From assembly GCF_009914755.1 (NCBI RefSeq), contig NC_060928.1: a stretch of DNA of 64,000 bases, one strand, 5' to 3'. Shown one piece after another: positions 28,640 to 43,145 of this stretch. This DNA comes from the human T2T-CHM13v2.0 reference genome, Homo sapiens. Made by a program: the position numbers and the translations under genes. How positions within the stretch are numbered: position 1 is the first letter of the stretch; every line of letters starts with the position of its first letter. The notes beneath the pieces are model-generated. The model searched no databases and was not told where the DNA came from. It saw only the letters and a list, made by a program, of their open reading frames with translations.

Positions 28640-31600
28640 ATGAGCTAATGCAGACATTGCCATTTGCTCACTACAAATCCATTTTCTTTTTTGTTGTGGC
28701 AGAAACTTGCCAACTGTAAACAATATCTGTGTTATCTTTCTCCATATACCCATTTAGACTGTATGATCTAATCCTCTTTATTAAGTGGGGCTATGTTTCT
28801 GAGTGTAGGTAGCAGAACATACATAGATGTGATATGTGCCATTTCCATGCCTAGTCCTTAAAGCCCGACTTACTTCTCCACACTCCCTTTCTTTCCTGGA
28901 AGCCAGATGTGAACAATACAATATCTGCAGGCCAGATGTGAACTATACAATGGAGGACGCTGAGCCTCTGAGGGATGATAGAGCCATGAGATCACAGGCA
29001 TTTGGATCCCTAAATGATTACATGAAGCAGCTCCCCCACCCTCAATTTCCATTGTACTGTGATGTAAACAAGAATGATGTCTTGTGTGTGTATGTGATAA
29101 TCCGTTGATATTTTATTGTTGAGTCTAATAACTTTTAGCCTGCCACATTAACACAGATATCGAGGGGTGTTGCTGCTGCAATAAAACCTAAAGAATGTGT
29201 CATTGGCTGAGTGGTTGGGCAATGAGCTACAAAGAAGCAGATACAAAAGGCTGACAGTTGAGATCCATCCTTTAATATGGCAAAATATCTGGTAAAAATA
29301 AAATATGATAACTAGAAAGGCAGATCACAAGCATACACATATAACTATGAAGAGAGGTTGAAAAACAGAACATTATTCATGAGTATAGGTTGCTATTGGA
29401 TGAGTTTCGAAAGGCATTACAAGAAAAAGATCGCAAGAAATAAGTGGTTTATTTGTAGCAAAAAAGGAACAGGAGGAATTTAGAGGCTTTTTAAAGGTGG
29501 GAAAGCCAATTGATTCTGAACTCCAAAATAAGAGACATAAAAGATGAGATTGAGAAAATGGCTTTGAGCGCTGAAGACTCAGTGAGACTTTTCAGTTGAA
29601 GTGATTTACTCAGCCATATTTTAGAAAGTCAAATTAAAGGTACCTTTCCATGAAGGTCTATCCAGCTGCCATCATGATACCCTATCAAATTGAGAGAAGA
29701 CGTTTGAGGATGAGCCAGCAGAGATAAAACTAGGTCTAGAAAAATACTTTAAGTGTGGTTACTGTCATATGAAAGTGACTTGAAGCAAATAAATCAGAAG
29801 CCCACTAAAATTTTGAGGGACTTCTGTTGCCAATTAGACAATGTAAAAGAAAAAAAAAACCTTTGAATGTTCAAGCTATAAAACACATTTCAGTTCCTCA
29901 AGCTTTCTCCAGAAGTAAATGAGCTGTAAAAGCTGAGCATCCCCAAAGGATGGCAACATCCCCAGTGGAGAATAATGGGAAATGAAGGGTTACTCCCAGA
30001 AAACAGAGTCAAGGTCTAATTTGGAAACTCTACCAAGTGTCAGGAAAATAACCTTCATTCACCAAGCTGGCCCAACAGGATTTCATAGACACTACAGCCA
30101 AATGACTACTTCCATTCTGCCATTCTTCAAATGGGCATGGTTATCATAGTTATTCTGCTCCACTCTGTGTATACATAGAACATACATATACTTTTTGGTG
30201 AAAAAGGGGATCAAATAAACACGACTTATAGTTCATATAGAACTACCAGACATGGCATTTGTGCTTGAGGACTGCATATCTCCTAAAGGTACTAGACTCT
30301 GAGCTAGGGGCAGAGACTAGATGAGGCATTGGCTGTCTCTTTTATGGAAGTAGCAAGCGTGTTCCATGTGTGGAGAATAAAAGTCAAAGACTGGCTTGTA
30401 CACAAATATCTGTTTTAATTTGCAAACAGCTAGGTGTTACTTTCCAGCCTCTTTTTTTTTTAAATAGAGCTTTATTAATTAGAAAGACAATAGTACATCA
30501 TTTAGCCCATGATAAAGGTATTCATTAAAAAGTGGAGATATTTTTATTCCCAGATAATCATCACATAGAGTCTCTCTTTAGTCTCTCATTCTGCTTCATT
30601 CTCTTTGTGTCACTTTATTATGCGTATCTCCTGGGTACTCTGTACATTTTTTTCTTCTCTGTATACATCTGTGCCATGGCTTCTGGTGTCATTTCTTCTA
30701 CTACACTCTTCACTGGGACTTGGCTGTGGCTGTTTTCTTATCTCTCTTTGTTTATAGCTACAGAACTGCTTTGGCTTCCCCAGATCCTATCTTCTCTGCC
30801 ATGGCTTCTGCAGCTCCCCTCCTTTCTTTCAGAGACTCTTTTCTCTGGGCTATGATTATGGCTTCTGGACTTTTTGTCAGAATCGGAATGGCTCCATTTG
30901 CCATTCTCCCTAGAACTCTTGTGTTTTAAGAACTCAGGCCTTTCCTTGGCTTTTTTCCAGTTTAGGGTAACTTTTAGAAAGTTCTTTATAAAGTTTTCTC
31001 TTTTTAGGCTTGTCCTTCTCTTCAGAATCACTGTTGTTATGCCCTGAGCTCTTGCATTTCTTTCTTTTCTTCTTTTCAATATATTTTTTCCTTTAATGTC
31101 GCTCTCACTCTACTGCTTTCTGAAGTTTCAGTAGGGGAAGAGGAGGAGGAGGAGGAAGAAGAGGATTTGTTTTTATGTTTTTTGTGTGTACTTCAGATCT
31201 TCTGAAACTTTTTCTTTTTTTCTATCTCTTTTTCTTTGTTTCTCCTCCAGTTTATCTAATTTCCTGAGAAGTTTCTGTTTTTGTTTGGTTGTTAATAACT
31301 TTAAAAATTCAACTTCTGGATCTTCTTCAGTGTCACTTACAGCAAACTCCTGTGATGGATCATTTGTGGTCAAGTTTCTCTGCAGTACATTACATTGCAG
31401 GGCAAATCCACTGTTTCTCATTTCCTCTATTGGCTCTGAGGGGTGCATTGATGGCCCTGAGCCATCACTGGGAACTGAACTTGCATTGATTCCAGAAAGA
31501 CCCAACAAAGTGTATTCTTGATCTCTGTTGACATGACCCCATTTGTGACATTTAATGCCCCTCACATTTCAAACCTGAATACCAAAGGGCTGATCTCTGA

Positions 31601-32690
31601 TGTTCATGTCATCTTTGGCATATTTTTCTTGTAGGGCTCCTTTCTGCCATTCAAATTTGTATTCAGTCTCTCCTCTATTTCTTCTTTCTCTTTGTCTACT
31701 TTTTAAGCTTCTGGTGGGGCTTCATACATGAAATTAAGACCATTCTTTACAGATTCATATCCCATAACCAAGCTATTATCATACGATTCTTGTTCTTAAA
31801 GATATTGTTGCATTAATTCTTCTTATTTCTTCTTACCATGTAATATTTTCTATTCCTCCCTCCATATTTTTTTGACATTAGATTTAGAGGTGGGATGAAA
31901 GTCCTTCTTGCACATGAAGTTGGTGAAGGATTTCCCCATCTTGGAGCTGGAGCTGGGGAAAGCAGAGACTACTGGAGTCATATGACTAAGTTCTGTTCAC
32001 AGGATGTGATTGGAGGGGTTGTCTACAACTTTCAGGCCTCGTCCCTCAAATAATTCTCTCTCCCTTTGTCTTCTGGCCACTGTAGAGGATCATGCAGAAG
32101 CTTTGAGGTCCTAGGATATTGTTGAAGCATCATATGGAAAAAAAGCTGATCCTTAAATGACTGCAAGCAACAAAGCCTCTTTGACAACTTTCACTGTAGT
32201 GACATAAGCAAGAAGGAAATATTACTGTTAAAAATTACCAAGAGTTTTTTTTTTCATAGTAGTTAAGCTACGTTATAGTTCCCAGCCTCCCCTAGAAGTT
32301 TACTTTTAGACTGTATTTTTTGTTTGACACTTATTCAATATATATTCCATTCCTACAAAAACATTTCAGTAACTTTGGTCACAAGAGACTGTATCTCAGT
32401 ACAACTTACTATGTTCATTTGGAAACCATGTATTGTCTACTCTGTGTGAGTAATCGTGGCCATATGACTGAGTTCTAGCTGGTGGAATATAAATGGGTGT
32501 TTAGTGTGCCATTTCTGGGCTAGTAGATATGACCTTTTAAGATATCTTGCCCCTTCTGTTGGGCAGATGTGGAAAGCAACCATACCTGAAGACACAGAAA
32601 AACCCACGAAGAAAGGAGCCTAATTCCAAATCATTGCATGAGAAAAGCCACCATTTTATGTAAGCGAGAAGTGAATTTCTGTTTTTACTT
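28640..32690. mobile_element. MLT1 LTRs plus MaLR-internal remnants, interrupted by the CIR1 retrocopy
   Basis: MLT1 motifs TTCCCAGCCTCC / GGCCATATGACTGAGTTCTAG. The internal-like segment ~29160-30380 begins GGGGTGTTGCTGCTGCAATAAAACCTAAAGAATGTG. Confidence 0.6.
30452..31972 (-). pseudogene. CIR1: Processed pseudogene of CIR1 (corepressor interacting with RBPJ 1)
   Basis: Intronless. ATG at 31937-31939 ([21 protein letters not shown]), CHKWGHVN...[23 protein letters not shown]...[35 protein letters not shown], ending TQRE* at 30596-30598. AATAAA at 30471-30476 and poly(A) at 30452-30461. Many stops and frameshifts. The symbol is the parent gene; which numbered CIR1P this is cannot be determined here. 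Confidence 0.95.
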
Positions 32691-32734
32691 ATATGCATAT
32701 CTACTTTTTAAATTTTTAAATTTTTAATTTTTAA

Positions 32735-33046
<312 letters not shown>

Positions 33047-33778
33047 TAAACCTTCTCGTAACAGCACTCAGCATTTACCCTAAATAATAAATGGGCCATA
33101 TTCTTTTACATCTCTATTGCTTCCATATAGTCAGTTTGGAGCACCCTTTTCTGACTTCTTCTCCTGAAAACTCCTATTTAACCTTCAAAAACTCATCTCA
33201 AATGTTAACTATTCACTGAGCTTTTCTCTATTCCTAGGCAGTTATTTATTCCCTTTCCCAGAATAACTAAAAATTTTATGTATCCCTATTATTGTATTTC
33301 TATTATTCAGTTATGATTGATTTGCACAATCAATCATAATTGAATAATAGAAGATTTGCACAATCTTCCCTTCTTGACAGTTAAATCATAGAGAGTAGGA
33401 ATTTACTTTGTATTTCCCTGTATCTTACATGCCTCACACAGAGTAGACAATACATGGTATCCAAATGAGCAAAATAAATTGTATTGAAATAATACTCTCA
33501 TGTGATCAAAGTTACTGAAATATTTCATAAGAAGCATATATATATATATTGAATGTGTCGAACAAAAATACAGTCTAAAAGTAAACCTTATTAAAACAGA
33601 TTCAGCTTTAGAACAAATAGAACTCATTATCTGTCTGTTTCAGTATATGGAAATTCTAATAATGTCATGACCCTGATGGAAGAAGATAGAAAATGCTATA
33701 ATAGAGATTTTTCTTCCCACTCACCTCAGGTTAGGAAGGGATTTTAATTATTTCTACACCAATCCATTAATTATTCAC

Positions 33779-33958
33779 AAACTCGATGATCTGAGTGCTA
33801 TCTCCATTCTGTCAGAGTAGAGTTTCAGGCTTCCCTAGGCTTTTGCTGGGTATAGGTTGTTAAAATGCAGTCAATTTAGTCTTTTGTAGAAGTTTCTCGA
33901 CACTTTTCTCGAGGTCTTCTATGACTGCATAGAAATCTTTGTTTCCACAGATGAATTC
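33779..33958 (-). pseudogene. 180-nt exon of EFCAB14-like pseudogene with mutated acceptor and two stops
   Basis: The polypyrimidine tract ttttccaaattattttctctcacatttg ends in TG instead of AG. Encodes EFICGNKDFYAVIEDLEKSVEKLLQKTKLTAF*QPIPSKSLGKPETLL*QNGDSTQIIEF|gtgaat; stops at 33860-33862 and 33812-33814. AVIEDLEKSVEKL resembles recalled EFCAB14 LAVEALQKTVDEH. An alternative in-phase donor gtgagt lies at 33724. Confidence 0.6.
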
Positions 33959-35973
33959 CAAATGTGAGAGAAAATAATTTGGAAAAATGTAATTATGTTT
34001 TATTTCAGATCCAATATCAACAATGGAACACAACTTACACAAAAAGCTTAATTTCCACTGGGTTGGTTCAGGTATGACTCACTTGTATGATTTTTAAGAA
34101 TCTTCTACTTTAAAATCTATCATAATAGTTAACAAAATTGAAAATCAAGAATATGAATCAGATGTATTGCAGTAACTGAATTCTCAACAGGTTTTATTTT
34201 TATTATACCACACTGTGTAGATGCAGTGACAGAAACATAGATTTAAAGTAAATAGCTCATTTTCTTTGTATTGAAAATGCCTTAAAGATAATATTGTTAT
34301 CAGATTAATTCTGTTTACACATCTGAATCTATTTCTGGATAATATGATCAGAATTAATTACAAAAAGACAACCAGAGTGGACCACAATGCTATGAGTTTA
34401 TCACTTCAGTCCTCTATATGTTCCTGTTTTCATTTTTTTTAGTACATACTTTCTTAATACATGGTACAGAACTCTTATTAAGTGTTCTATTTTAGATTAC
34501 CTTTAAATTACAGCTGTCATTTTTTTCTGTATTTGTGAAGATCAATAAACTAATAGATACCTGACAACAGACCTAGTTGTCTCTATCTTTTGCACCTATG
34601 ATTAAATTCTTACAAGCTATAACTTCCAAATTTTACATGATTATTTGAAATGTCAGCATTTTAAGCAAACATAAACTTAAATCTGAGAGATTAGCTCAGC
34701 TAAGCCATGTACTTACTACAATAAAGCCATAAAACACACACCTGGAATTACAGTTTCCCAGCATCTACTATTGCCTATTGCCAGCAGTTGAATATGTACA
34801 GAATATCAGCAGCCCTGAGGTGAAAAGGAGTACAGTGTTTGGTATCAAATCCATCTGATGCTAGTACATGAGAAGCCTTTACTTTTCCCCCCAAACACAC
34901 CTTTTTAAAAAGATAAAAAATGATTAGAACAAACAAATCAGCCTCAGTTGCTTTATGTTTGTTCCTACTCTAAATATTACTACTCTGGGGAAGCTATACC
35001 ATAACACACAAATGTAAAAATATAAGGCTAGCCATGGTAGAGTCATAAGGTTACTATTATTATTTGAAATGTTAAAGTGGCTTTAAAAACTGATAAAACA
35101 GAAATCACAGTAATACTCAACAGTCAACATAAAGCATACTATTTCTGGCTCTAAAGGGTCAATGCACTAACGCTGCTGGATGTTGAGTAGCATCCTCTAT
35201 ATTTTGTATCAGGGAAAATAGAAAAAAGTTAGATCATTTTTCTACTTCTAAGTGGAATAGCAAAGAATCATTATAAAGTCTCTGATACAAAGTAGTACTT
35301 CAGATAGGTGAAGGTTGGTATTAAATTTCACAGCCTGATTTTCACATTCTTGTTTAAGCCTTAATTACTTGTTGTACTCAAGTTTTCAAACTATTTTAAT
35401 TCATGATCTTTTCTATTACAGCACTTCCAGACTTCCCCTCAAATCTTGCCTTGTCAATCTGATATAGAAACTAAAAACTACAAACTTAACAATTATTAAA
35501 CTCAACTCTTTAAAACGTTCTTGCCCCCAAAAGGATCTGACCTGCAACTGATCCACATTCTCTTGGTCAGTAATACCACCTTTTGCTCAGGAACCCGAGC
35601 CATACCTAAATCACCCTTCCCATCTTATTCCTCTCCGTTTACTTCAGCCAGTAAGTCCTAACGCCTTGTCTGTCTCCTAAAAATCTCTTTTATAAGTTTC
35701 TTTCGTCTTGTTCTATCAGTGGTTTTATTCAGGATCTTGTTATCTTTTTTCTAGAACTAGCATCCTAATTAGGCTTACTATATTTAGTATCTCTCTAATT
35801 TTACCCCTTTTCTTCCCCCAAACTTGTGTTTCTGAAAATAATTTGATCTTTTCACTATTCTGTTTGAAAAGCTCCATTAAATCCTTACTATATACAGGAT
35901 AGTATAAAAATTTCTGAATTTGGCTCATGAGATCTTTTATAAGGAAGCCCCATGTTGCTTTTCTTATACTTCC

Positions 35974-36335
35974 TTGTCTTAGTCTCTTTAGGCTGCTATA
36001 AAATTACCATAGACTAGCTAGCTTATACACAACAGAAAATTATTTCTCACAGTGCTAGACTGAGAAGTCCAAGATCAAGTCTCCAACATACTGAGTGTCT
36101 AGTGGGAGCTCACTTCCTTTTTCATAGAAGGCCATCTTCTCACTATAACTTCACATGGAGGAAGGGGCAAGAGATTTCTCTAGGGTCTCTTTTATAAGGT
36201 CCCAAATCTCATTTATGAGGTCTCCATCCTCATGACCAAATCACCTTCCAGAGTCCCATATGAAAATACCACCACACTGGGGACTATATTTCAACATATG
36301 AAATTTGGAGGGACACAAACCTCTTTTCTATAGCA
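35974..36335. mobile_element. MLT1A-like solo LTR
   Basis: TGTCTTAGTC...GGCTGCTATAAAATTACCATAGACT...TTTCAACATATGAAATTTGGAGGGACACAAAC. Confidence 0.8.
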
Positions 36336-36631
36336 TGCACCCTTTCATTATCTTATAATCCAGCCATACTGGATCACCAGTATTCCCAGAAATTACCAAG
36401 TTTATCCATACATTTGATAATCTTCTTGGAATAAGAGACTAAAGAGGAAGTATAGCTCAGTGTTGAGGACCACAAGTTTTGGAATGAATTCAAATGGAGG
36501 CCTTGAGTCTCTGCTTTGCAATTTACTAGTATTGAGACCTGGTCAAGTTACCTAAAATAATCAAGATCCAAGTTCCAGTTTCTCATCTATAAAATGAAGA
36601 TTATATCACTCTTTTCAGGATTGATATGAAG

Positions 36632-36633
<2 letters not shown>

Positions 36634-36664
<31 letters not shown>
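36634..36664. repeat. (TCTA)n tetranucleotide microsatellite within a MIR
   Basis: TATCTATCTATC... run of about 7-8 units. Confidence 0.9.
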
Positions 36665-38904
36665 GAGATTATCTATATATAAATATGATATTCACACAAT
36701 AACTGGAAAATACTAAATAATATATGGTACTTATTTAACTATGACTGTTATTACTACTATTACTATTTCTACTACTGCTGTAGTTCCTTTTGTGTTTAGT
36801 TGCTACATGTTTTGAAATTCTCAGCAACAAATATTTGTTTTTCTGAAAGTGTACTTGGTTATTAGAAACAACTGAAAGTGATTTAGGCTACTTTATTTTT
36901 AAATGGGTGATAAAATTTTATAATATTATTTTGATCTAAAATGAGATTTAATTATGAAAAAATATCCTGATAAGCCAGGTTGGATGATTAACTTTGAAAA
37001 CAACTTCAACAGATCATTTTAAAAGTATTTAGAGAAACATCAACATTTTGATGTAGTTGTATGGTTAGGATGAATATTAATTATCCAAACACTTTTTGGA
37101 ATGAAAGAGGAATTAATAATTACTATGCAGAGACAATAAGAATAAATGAGAGTAGTTGCTGGAAAAGCTCCCTCTCCCCCCCAAGTTAGTTCAATTTATT
37201 TTTATCTTGAGTGAGATTGAAAAAGTTGGGTTGCAAAACGTTGAATGTAGAGAGGTCTAACATTAAAATAAACACTGAAGTCAGTCGCTGTCCTGTAGAT
37301 AAAGCTAAACTTACCTTTGCTAGATATTATGATATATGTGACAAATGTAACCAGAATATTAAAACCATAATTATCAATTATTTATTCATAGATAATTTAA
37401 TTTTAATGAGGTAGAGGAGTAGTTTGGATATTTTTAAAGTGTGGTCACGACAAAGCTGGTCATAGGCAAGTTATAACACACCCAGCTGCCCAAAAGTCCT
37501 TTGGGCTTTTGAGACAATAAAGAAATTTCAGGGTTACCTTTAATATTTGTGTGAAGATAAGAAGACACACGTCAAGTTAAAGGAGTTACTGAGTGTTCTT
37601 TGGAGGAAATGAGATGATGAGTATTAAAAAAACTAAATAGGCATAGTGTTAAAAGGTTGTCGTCACTACTGGGGAGAATTTAAAACAGAATCCTCTTTTC
37701 TCTTTGACATCTAGTTTCGTATGTATTTTACAACTTTTTACAAGAAAGATGACATAAATTTTTTTTTCTCTGTTTGCTTAGCTGGCATTCAGTAGTCTGC
37801 ACATCAACAGGAAAGAAAAAATGCGAGGAAAGTCGTTTATCTGCTAAAGAAACACATTCCTGATAGTATTCACCTGCTAAAAATCTCACATGCATTTTAA
37901 TAAGGTGGGGGTAGTAAATCTCCTATGTTTTTATCACCAGCTTTATTGCATACTCATTAGGTGTGCACTATGTGTAGAATACTCCACTAAGCACTAGATT
38001 TCAAAAGTTTGCAGAGCTTTTTCACAGAAGATATTGGGCAGTAACTTTAGATGTTATGAAATGTGACTATGCTTACCCAGCCATAGAGAACAGCTTCATG
38101 AAAGAAAAACTCAGTCTGTTTTGCCTGAGTTAATAGACTCTTCCAGTGTTTGTACATGGATTATTTTTCTTATAATTTTTTCTGCATTTTCATGTTGTCA
38201 TCCCTAGATCCTATGTCTAGACCACAATCCTGTACCTTCGATTTATGTTACTTTGTCCTGACATTTTAAACTAGATTCTGACTTTATGCTGCAGTTGACA
38301 TAAAAACTCAATACTGTTTGAAGACCATCCCATATTCCCTCTGGATTTCACTGATAATTCACCTGGAGAGGGGAACTGACATTTCTAGAAATGCTACATC
38401 ACAGAGACATAGAATTTCACAAAAATAAACTACAAGATTAGAAACTGGGAAAGGACAAAGATAGTGGATTAGAGGCTCTTAATGTGCCTCAGCCACCTGG
38501 AAATATTACAAATTCATCCAAAAATATTTATTGACCACCTACAATGTGCCCAACATCATTGAACATGTTGGGAATAGAGCAATCAAATGAGAAATGAAGT
38601 TTCTTCTCACAAGCTGCTTGCATTTTAGTATATGTTGAAATACAGACAATGCACTGGATATATATAATACACTTATCAAATAGTGGTGTGTTCTGTAGAA
38701 AAATAAAGCAGAACAATGAGGCTGGGGTATTATGGGCATGATTGGAGGTACTGTGTCTTGCAGGGAGGCACAAATGCCACTCAGATAAGGTGTGGTTTGT
38801 GCAGAGACATGAAGAAAATGAGGGGCCTGAGGGATAGGTTGGGGAAGAACATTCCAGGTAAAGAAAACACCACTGCAAAGGCCCCAGTGCAGAGGTGCAG
38901 TTAC

Positions 38905-38966
38905 TGTTTTCTTTCTTTTTCTCTTTTCCTTTTTTCTTTTCTTTTTTTCTTTCTTTCTTTTTTCTT

Positions 38967-38997
<31 letters not shown>

Positions 38998-39320
38998 TCT
39001 TTCCTTCTTTCTTTCTTTCTTTCTTTTTTTTTTTTTTGACAGAGTCTTGCTCTGTTGCCCAGGCTGGAGTGCAGTGGCGCCATCTCGGTTCACTGGGAGG
39101 CTCACCTCCGCCTCCCAGGTTCAAGCGATTCTCCTGCCTCAGCCTCTTGAGTAGCTGGGACTACAGGTGCCCGCCACCACGCCCGGCTAATTTTTGTATT
39201 TTTAGTAGAGACGGGGTTTCATCCTGTTAGCCAGGATGGTCTCGAACTCCTGACCTTGTGATCCACCCGCCTCAGCCTCCCAAAGTACTGGGATTACAGG
39301 CATGAGCCACTGTGCCCAGC
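38905..39320 (-). mobile_element. Alu (AluSc-like) with long (TTTC)n tail, inserted in L2
   Basis: Reverse Alu with an expanded tail at 38905-39037; TSD AGTT(A/G)CTGTTTTC. The tail explains the Lys/Phe-rich ORFs. Confidence 0.93.
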
Positions 39321-40226
39321 AGTTGCTGTTTTCAAAGAATAATAAGAGCAGTTAGAGTCCAACAAACATTATGGAAAATATGAAGAAATAAGGTTAGAGG
39401 TTGGCAAAGGCAGACTGTCCCCAGTCTGCAGGCCATATTAGGAATTGTGGTCTTTATTGTCTGAAATACAAAACCATTACGCATTTACAGCAGAAAGGGG
39501 ATATGGCCTGATTTCCTTCTTCAAGGATTACTCTGGCTGTGTGTGGAGGATATGCCATAGAAACGACAAAATTGACAACCAAGACACTAGTCCTGAAACT
39601 ATCTGAATACGTCATATGAGAGATGATAGGATTTGGATTGGGTAGGAATGATAAACATGGTGAGAAGTATTGAAATTCTGAGTATCTCTTAAACGTAGAG
39701 GCGGTAGGATTTGTAGATAAATGATCTGTTGGCAATAAGATTGAGGGGTTCAGTTTGATTCTAAGTAACTGGTAATATAAGGTTGTCATTTATTTATTAA
39801 GAGGAAAAAGCATATGTTTGTGTGAGTGAGGTGTGTGTGTGCACCTGTATAAAATATCAAGTTCAGTTTTAGATATAATATGTTTAGAGTTGCAATTAGA
39901 CAGTCAAGTCAAGAGGTGAGTAGGAGCTGGACACATTTGTTTGGAGTTCACATGAGTTTAGTGCTAGAGTGTAAATTTGGGAATCCTCAGCATCTAGATG
40001 GTATTTAAAGCCCTGGATGTGGATGAGGTCACTTTGTAGTGAGTAAAGGGGGAGAAGTTCAAGGCCTGAGCATGGGAGCATTCTGAGATCTAGAGGTTGA
40101 GAGGGTGGGATGCAGCAAGAAAGAGACTGTGAAGAAAGGGCTAATGAAGTAGACGTAAGATAGAAAAGAAAGTACTAACCATGTCACATGGTTTATCTGC
40201 TTAGAGATCTAGTAAGATGTATGCTA

Positions 40227-40533
<307 letters not shown>

Positions 40534-40878
40534 GTAAGATAAATAAAGAAAAGTAATTATCATTAGATCATTGGCTGTGGCAACAAGGAGTTCACTGGCG
40601 AGAGTGGCAAGGGCTATTCCAGTGGGAGACCTGGCCAAAGGCTTACTTGAGTGGACTGAGTAAGGTCATGGAGAAGATGAAGGAATGATTTCAAACATGT
40701 AAACTGAAAAGATTGGCTATTACTTATTGAGTGCTTAGGATATCTAAGCATCTCTCGAAGGACTTTATATGAATTTACTTTATATGAGGAAGTTATGTGT
40801 ATTAGCTACAATTTGTAGACAAGGAAACTGAGTTAACAGAAAGCCTATATTACTTGTATGATAACATATAGTAAGTGA

Positions 40879-41220
<342 letters not shown>

Positions 41221-41444
41221 TAACTTTAGGAATCTGGCTCTTAATCCCTATGTTATAGCAGAAGACTCTCTACAATTAGTTCCATAACTTCCTGATACTA
41301 AGACTACAAAAATGAAATGTTCCTTTTCATAGGGATAACATCGATGATGATACTTCCATCAAAATTTTCTGCAACCATTTTTCTTGCAGTTGACACTTAT
41401 CTTCACCTTTCTTTTTCTGGTGGAAGGAAACAGGGAAAGTGGGA

Positions 41445-41805
41445 TGCTATGGTTTGAATGTGTCTCCTCCAAAATTCAGGTGTTCTCAATGTGATAGTAT
41501 TAAGAGGTGGGCTTTTAGGAAGTGATTAGGTTATCTACATTCCACTGTCATGAATGGAATTAAGACCCTCATAAAAGACGCTTCACACAACATTTGGCCC
41601 TTTTGCCCTCCTCCCTTCTGCCATGTGAGAACACAGTGTTATCCACTGTGGAGGACACAGCAACAAGACACCATCATGGGAGCAGAGAGCAGCTCTCATG
41701 GGACACCAAATTCCAGCACCTCGATCTTCGACTTTTCAGCCTCCCAGAACTGTGAGAATATATTACCAGTTACAGGTATTTTCTTATAGTGGCACAAACT
41801 AAGGC
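41445..41805. mobile_element. MST (MaLR) solo LTR
   Basis: TGCTATGGTTTGAATGTGTCTCCTCCAAAATTC...CAGCCTCCCAGAACTGTGAG...ACTAAGGCA. Confidence 0.8.
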
Positions 41806-41991
41806 AGGAAGTAATATAACAGAAAATGGTAAAATAATATAGACATGAATGATGAAGTTTAGATAAAGATACAAACATTTAATAATCTTATGGCTTTCTT
41901 CTACTAAAAACAAAACACTAAAAAAAATTTCCAGTTTAGATTAATTATGGAAGGAAATAAAAAATGCACTGAAAATATTTATGATTACTAC

Positions 41992-43145
41992 TGTTACAGG
42001 ATCTCTTTGGGGTGTGGATTTTCTGGCCAGAAGCCTCTGTGGCTGTGGCACCTTGGCCTGCATCCAGGAAGAATGAGGTACAAAGACAAGTGAAGAATGA
42101 ACAAGAGGAAGATGAGCTTTATTGAGTGTTTGTACAGCTAAGAGGAGACGCGCAGTGGCAGTGGGTGGCTCCCTTCTGTAGGCAGGTCATTCACCCAGTG
42201 TTCGGTTCTCAGCAAAGAGAAGGCCCTGGAGAGAGTGGCTTCTCTCTGCTCACTGGTCATCCCGATCGATGTCTGCAGCTCTCAGCAGAGAAGAGGCCCG
42301 GAAGAGGGTGAGGCCCTGGAGAGGGTGGCTCCTCTCTGCCTGCAGGTCATCTCTGCAGCTCTCAGCAGAGAGGGTAGCTCCTCTCTGCAACTGGTTGTTC
42401 CATCCTCTCTCTGCCCTTTTCTTCTCTGGCCATCCTCTCCTGTGCTCTGGCTGAGTCCAGAACTTTTATGGATCTCAGAGGGGAGGAAGTGCCTGTGGAA
42501 TCATCCATGCGCAGCCACAGGCTGGCGGGAAGAGGCACCACGAGCCCCCACTCCAGTCCATGGGACTGGCAGCCTGCCCCCACCCTTCAGGCCCTCTCTG
42601 GCCTGAAGGTGAGGCCTTACTGGGGACCCACCCTTTTCCACCCAGGAATCAGTCCCCTTTTCCATCCAAGAATCAGTCTGCCTCCCGCTGCCATTCATGG
42701 CCCCTAGGGATCGGCCCCAACCCCTGCTCTGAGATTGGAGCACACTCCAGGAGTGGAGAGAGGCCAGGCAGCGGAAGCAGACACCCACGAAGCCTGCTCG
42801 GAGGATTAGGGGTGTCCTTCTTGGGTCCCCTAAGGGTTCAGGCTGCAGAGATGCCAGGGTCTTGCGCCTGGGAGGGTGGCTTCAGCTGCACCCAGGAGGG
42901 CAGATCCTGCCTTCTCCTGGCCCCCTCCAAGAGCAGACGGAGGCTCAGACCCACAGCTGCAGTTTGGGTGGGGTTCCTGCCTGTTCCATAGAGCAGGAGC
43001 CCTGGGTCTGCAGCCACAGCTTGGGTGGCAGCAGCGGCATCCAGGGAGCTCCTGCCCCAACTCAGAAGGGACAGGGCTCCCACCAGCTCCATGGAGTGTG
43101 CAGCCCCAGCACACCTCCCTGCTGCAGCTGGTACCACTGCCATCA
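41992..43145 (-). mobile_element. MER52-family ERV1 solo LTR (internally deleted)
   Basis: TGTTACAGGATCTCTTTGGGGTGT...CATCA termini, internal CAGCTCTCAGCAGAGAG repeats, 4-bp TSD CTAC/CTAT. Its GC-richness explains the ORF cluster. Confidence 0.85.

Noticed and set aside
30532-31521. Hydrophobic plus-strand ORFs resembling membrane proteins
   Set aside because: Antisense reading of the purine-rich CIR1 retrocopy.
34009-34071. Plus-strand exon-like 63-nt segment (tttatttcag|...CAG|gtatga)
   Set aside because: No recognisable homology and no compatible partner exons; could be chance or a lncRNA exon.
37309-37325. Strong minus-strand donor AAAG|gtaagt
   Set aside because: No convincing acceptor or open frame upstream, and it is not needed for phase continuity.
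37781-37904. Plus-strand exon-like segment after tttttttctctgtttgcttag
   Set aside because: Stops in all three frames, weak donor and no homology.
38528-39230. Long Lys/Glu- and Phe/Ser-rich ORFs (up to 198 aa)
   Set aside because: Produced by the (TTTC)n Alu tail plus L2 sequence.
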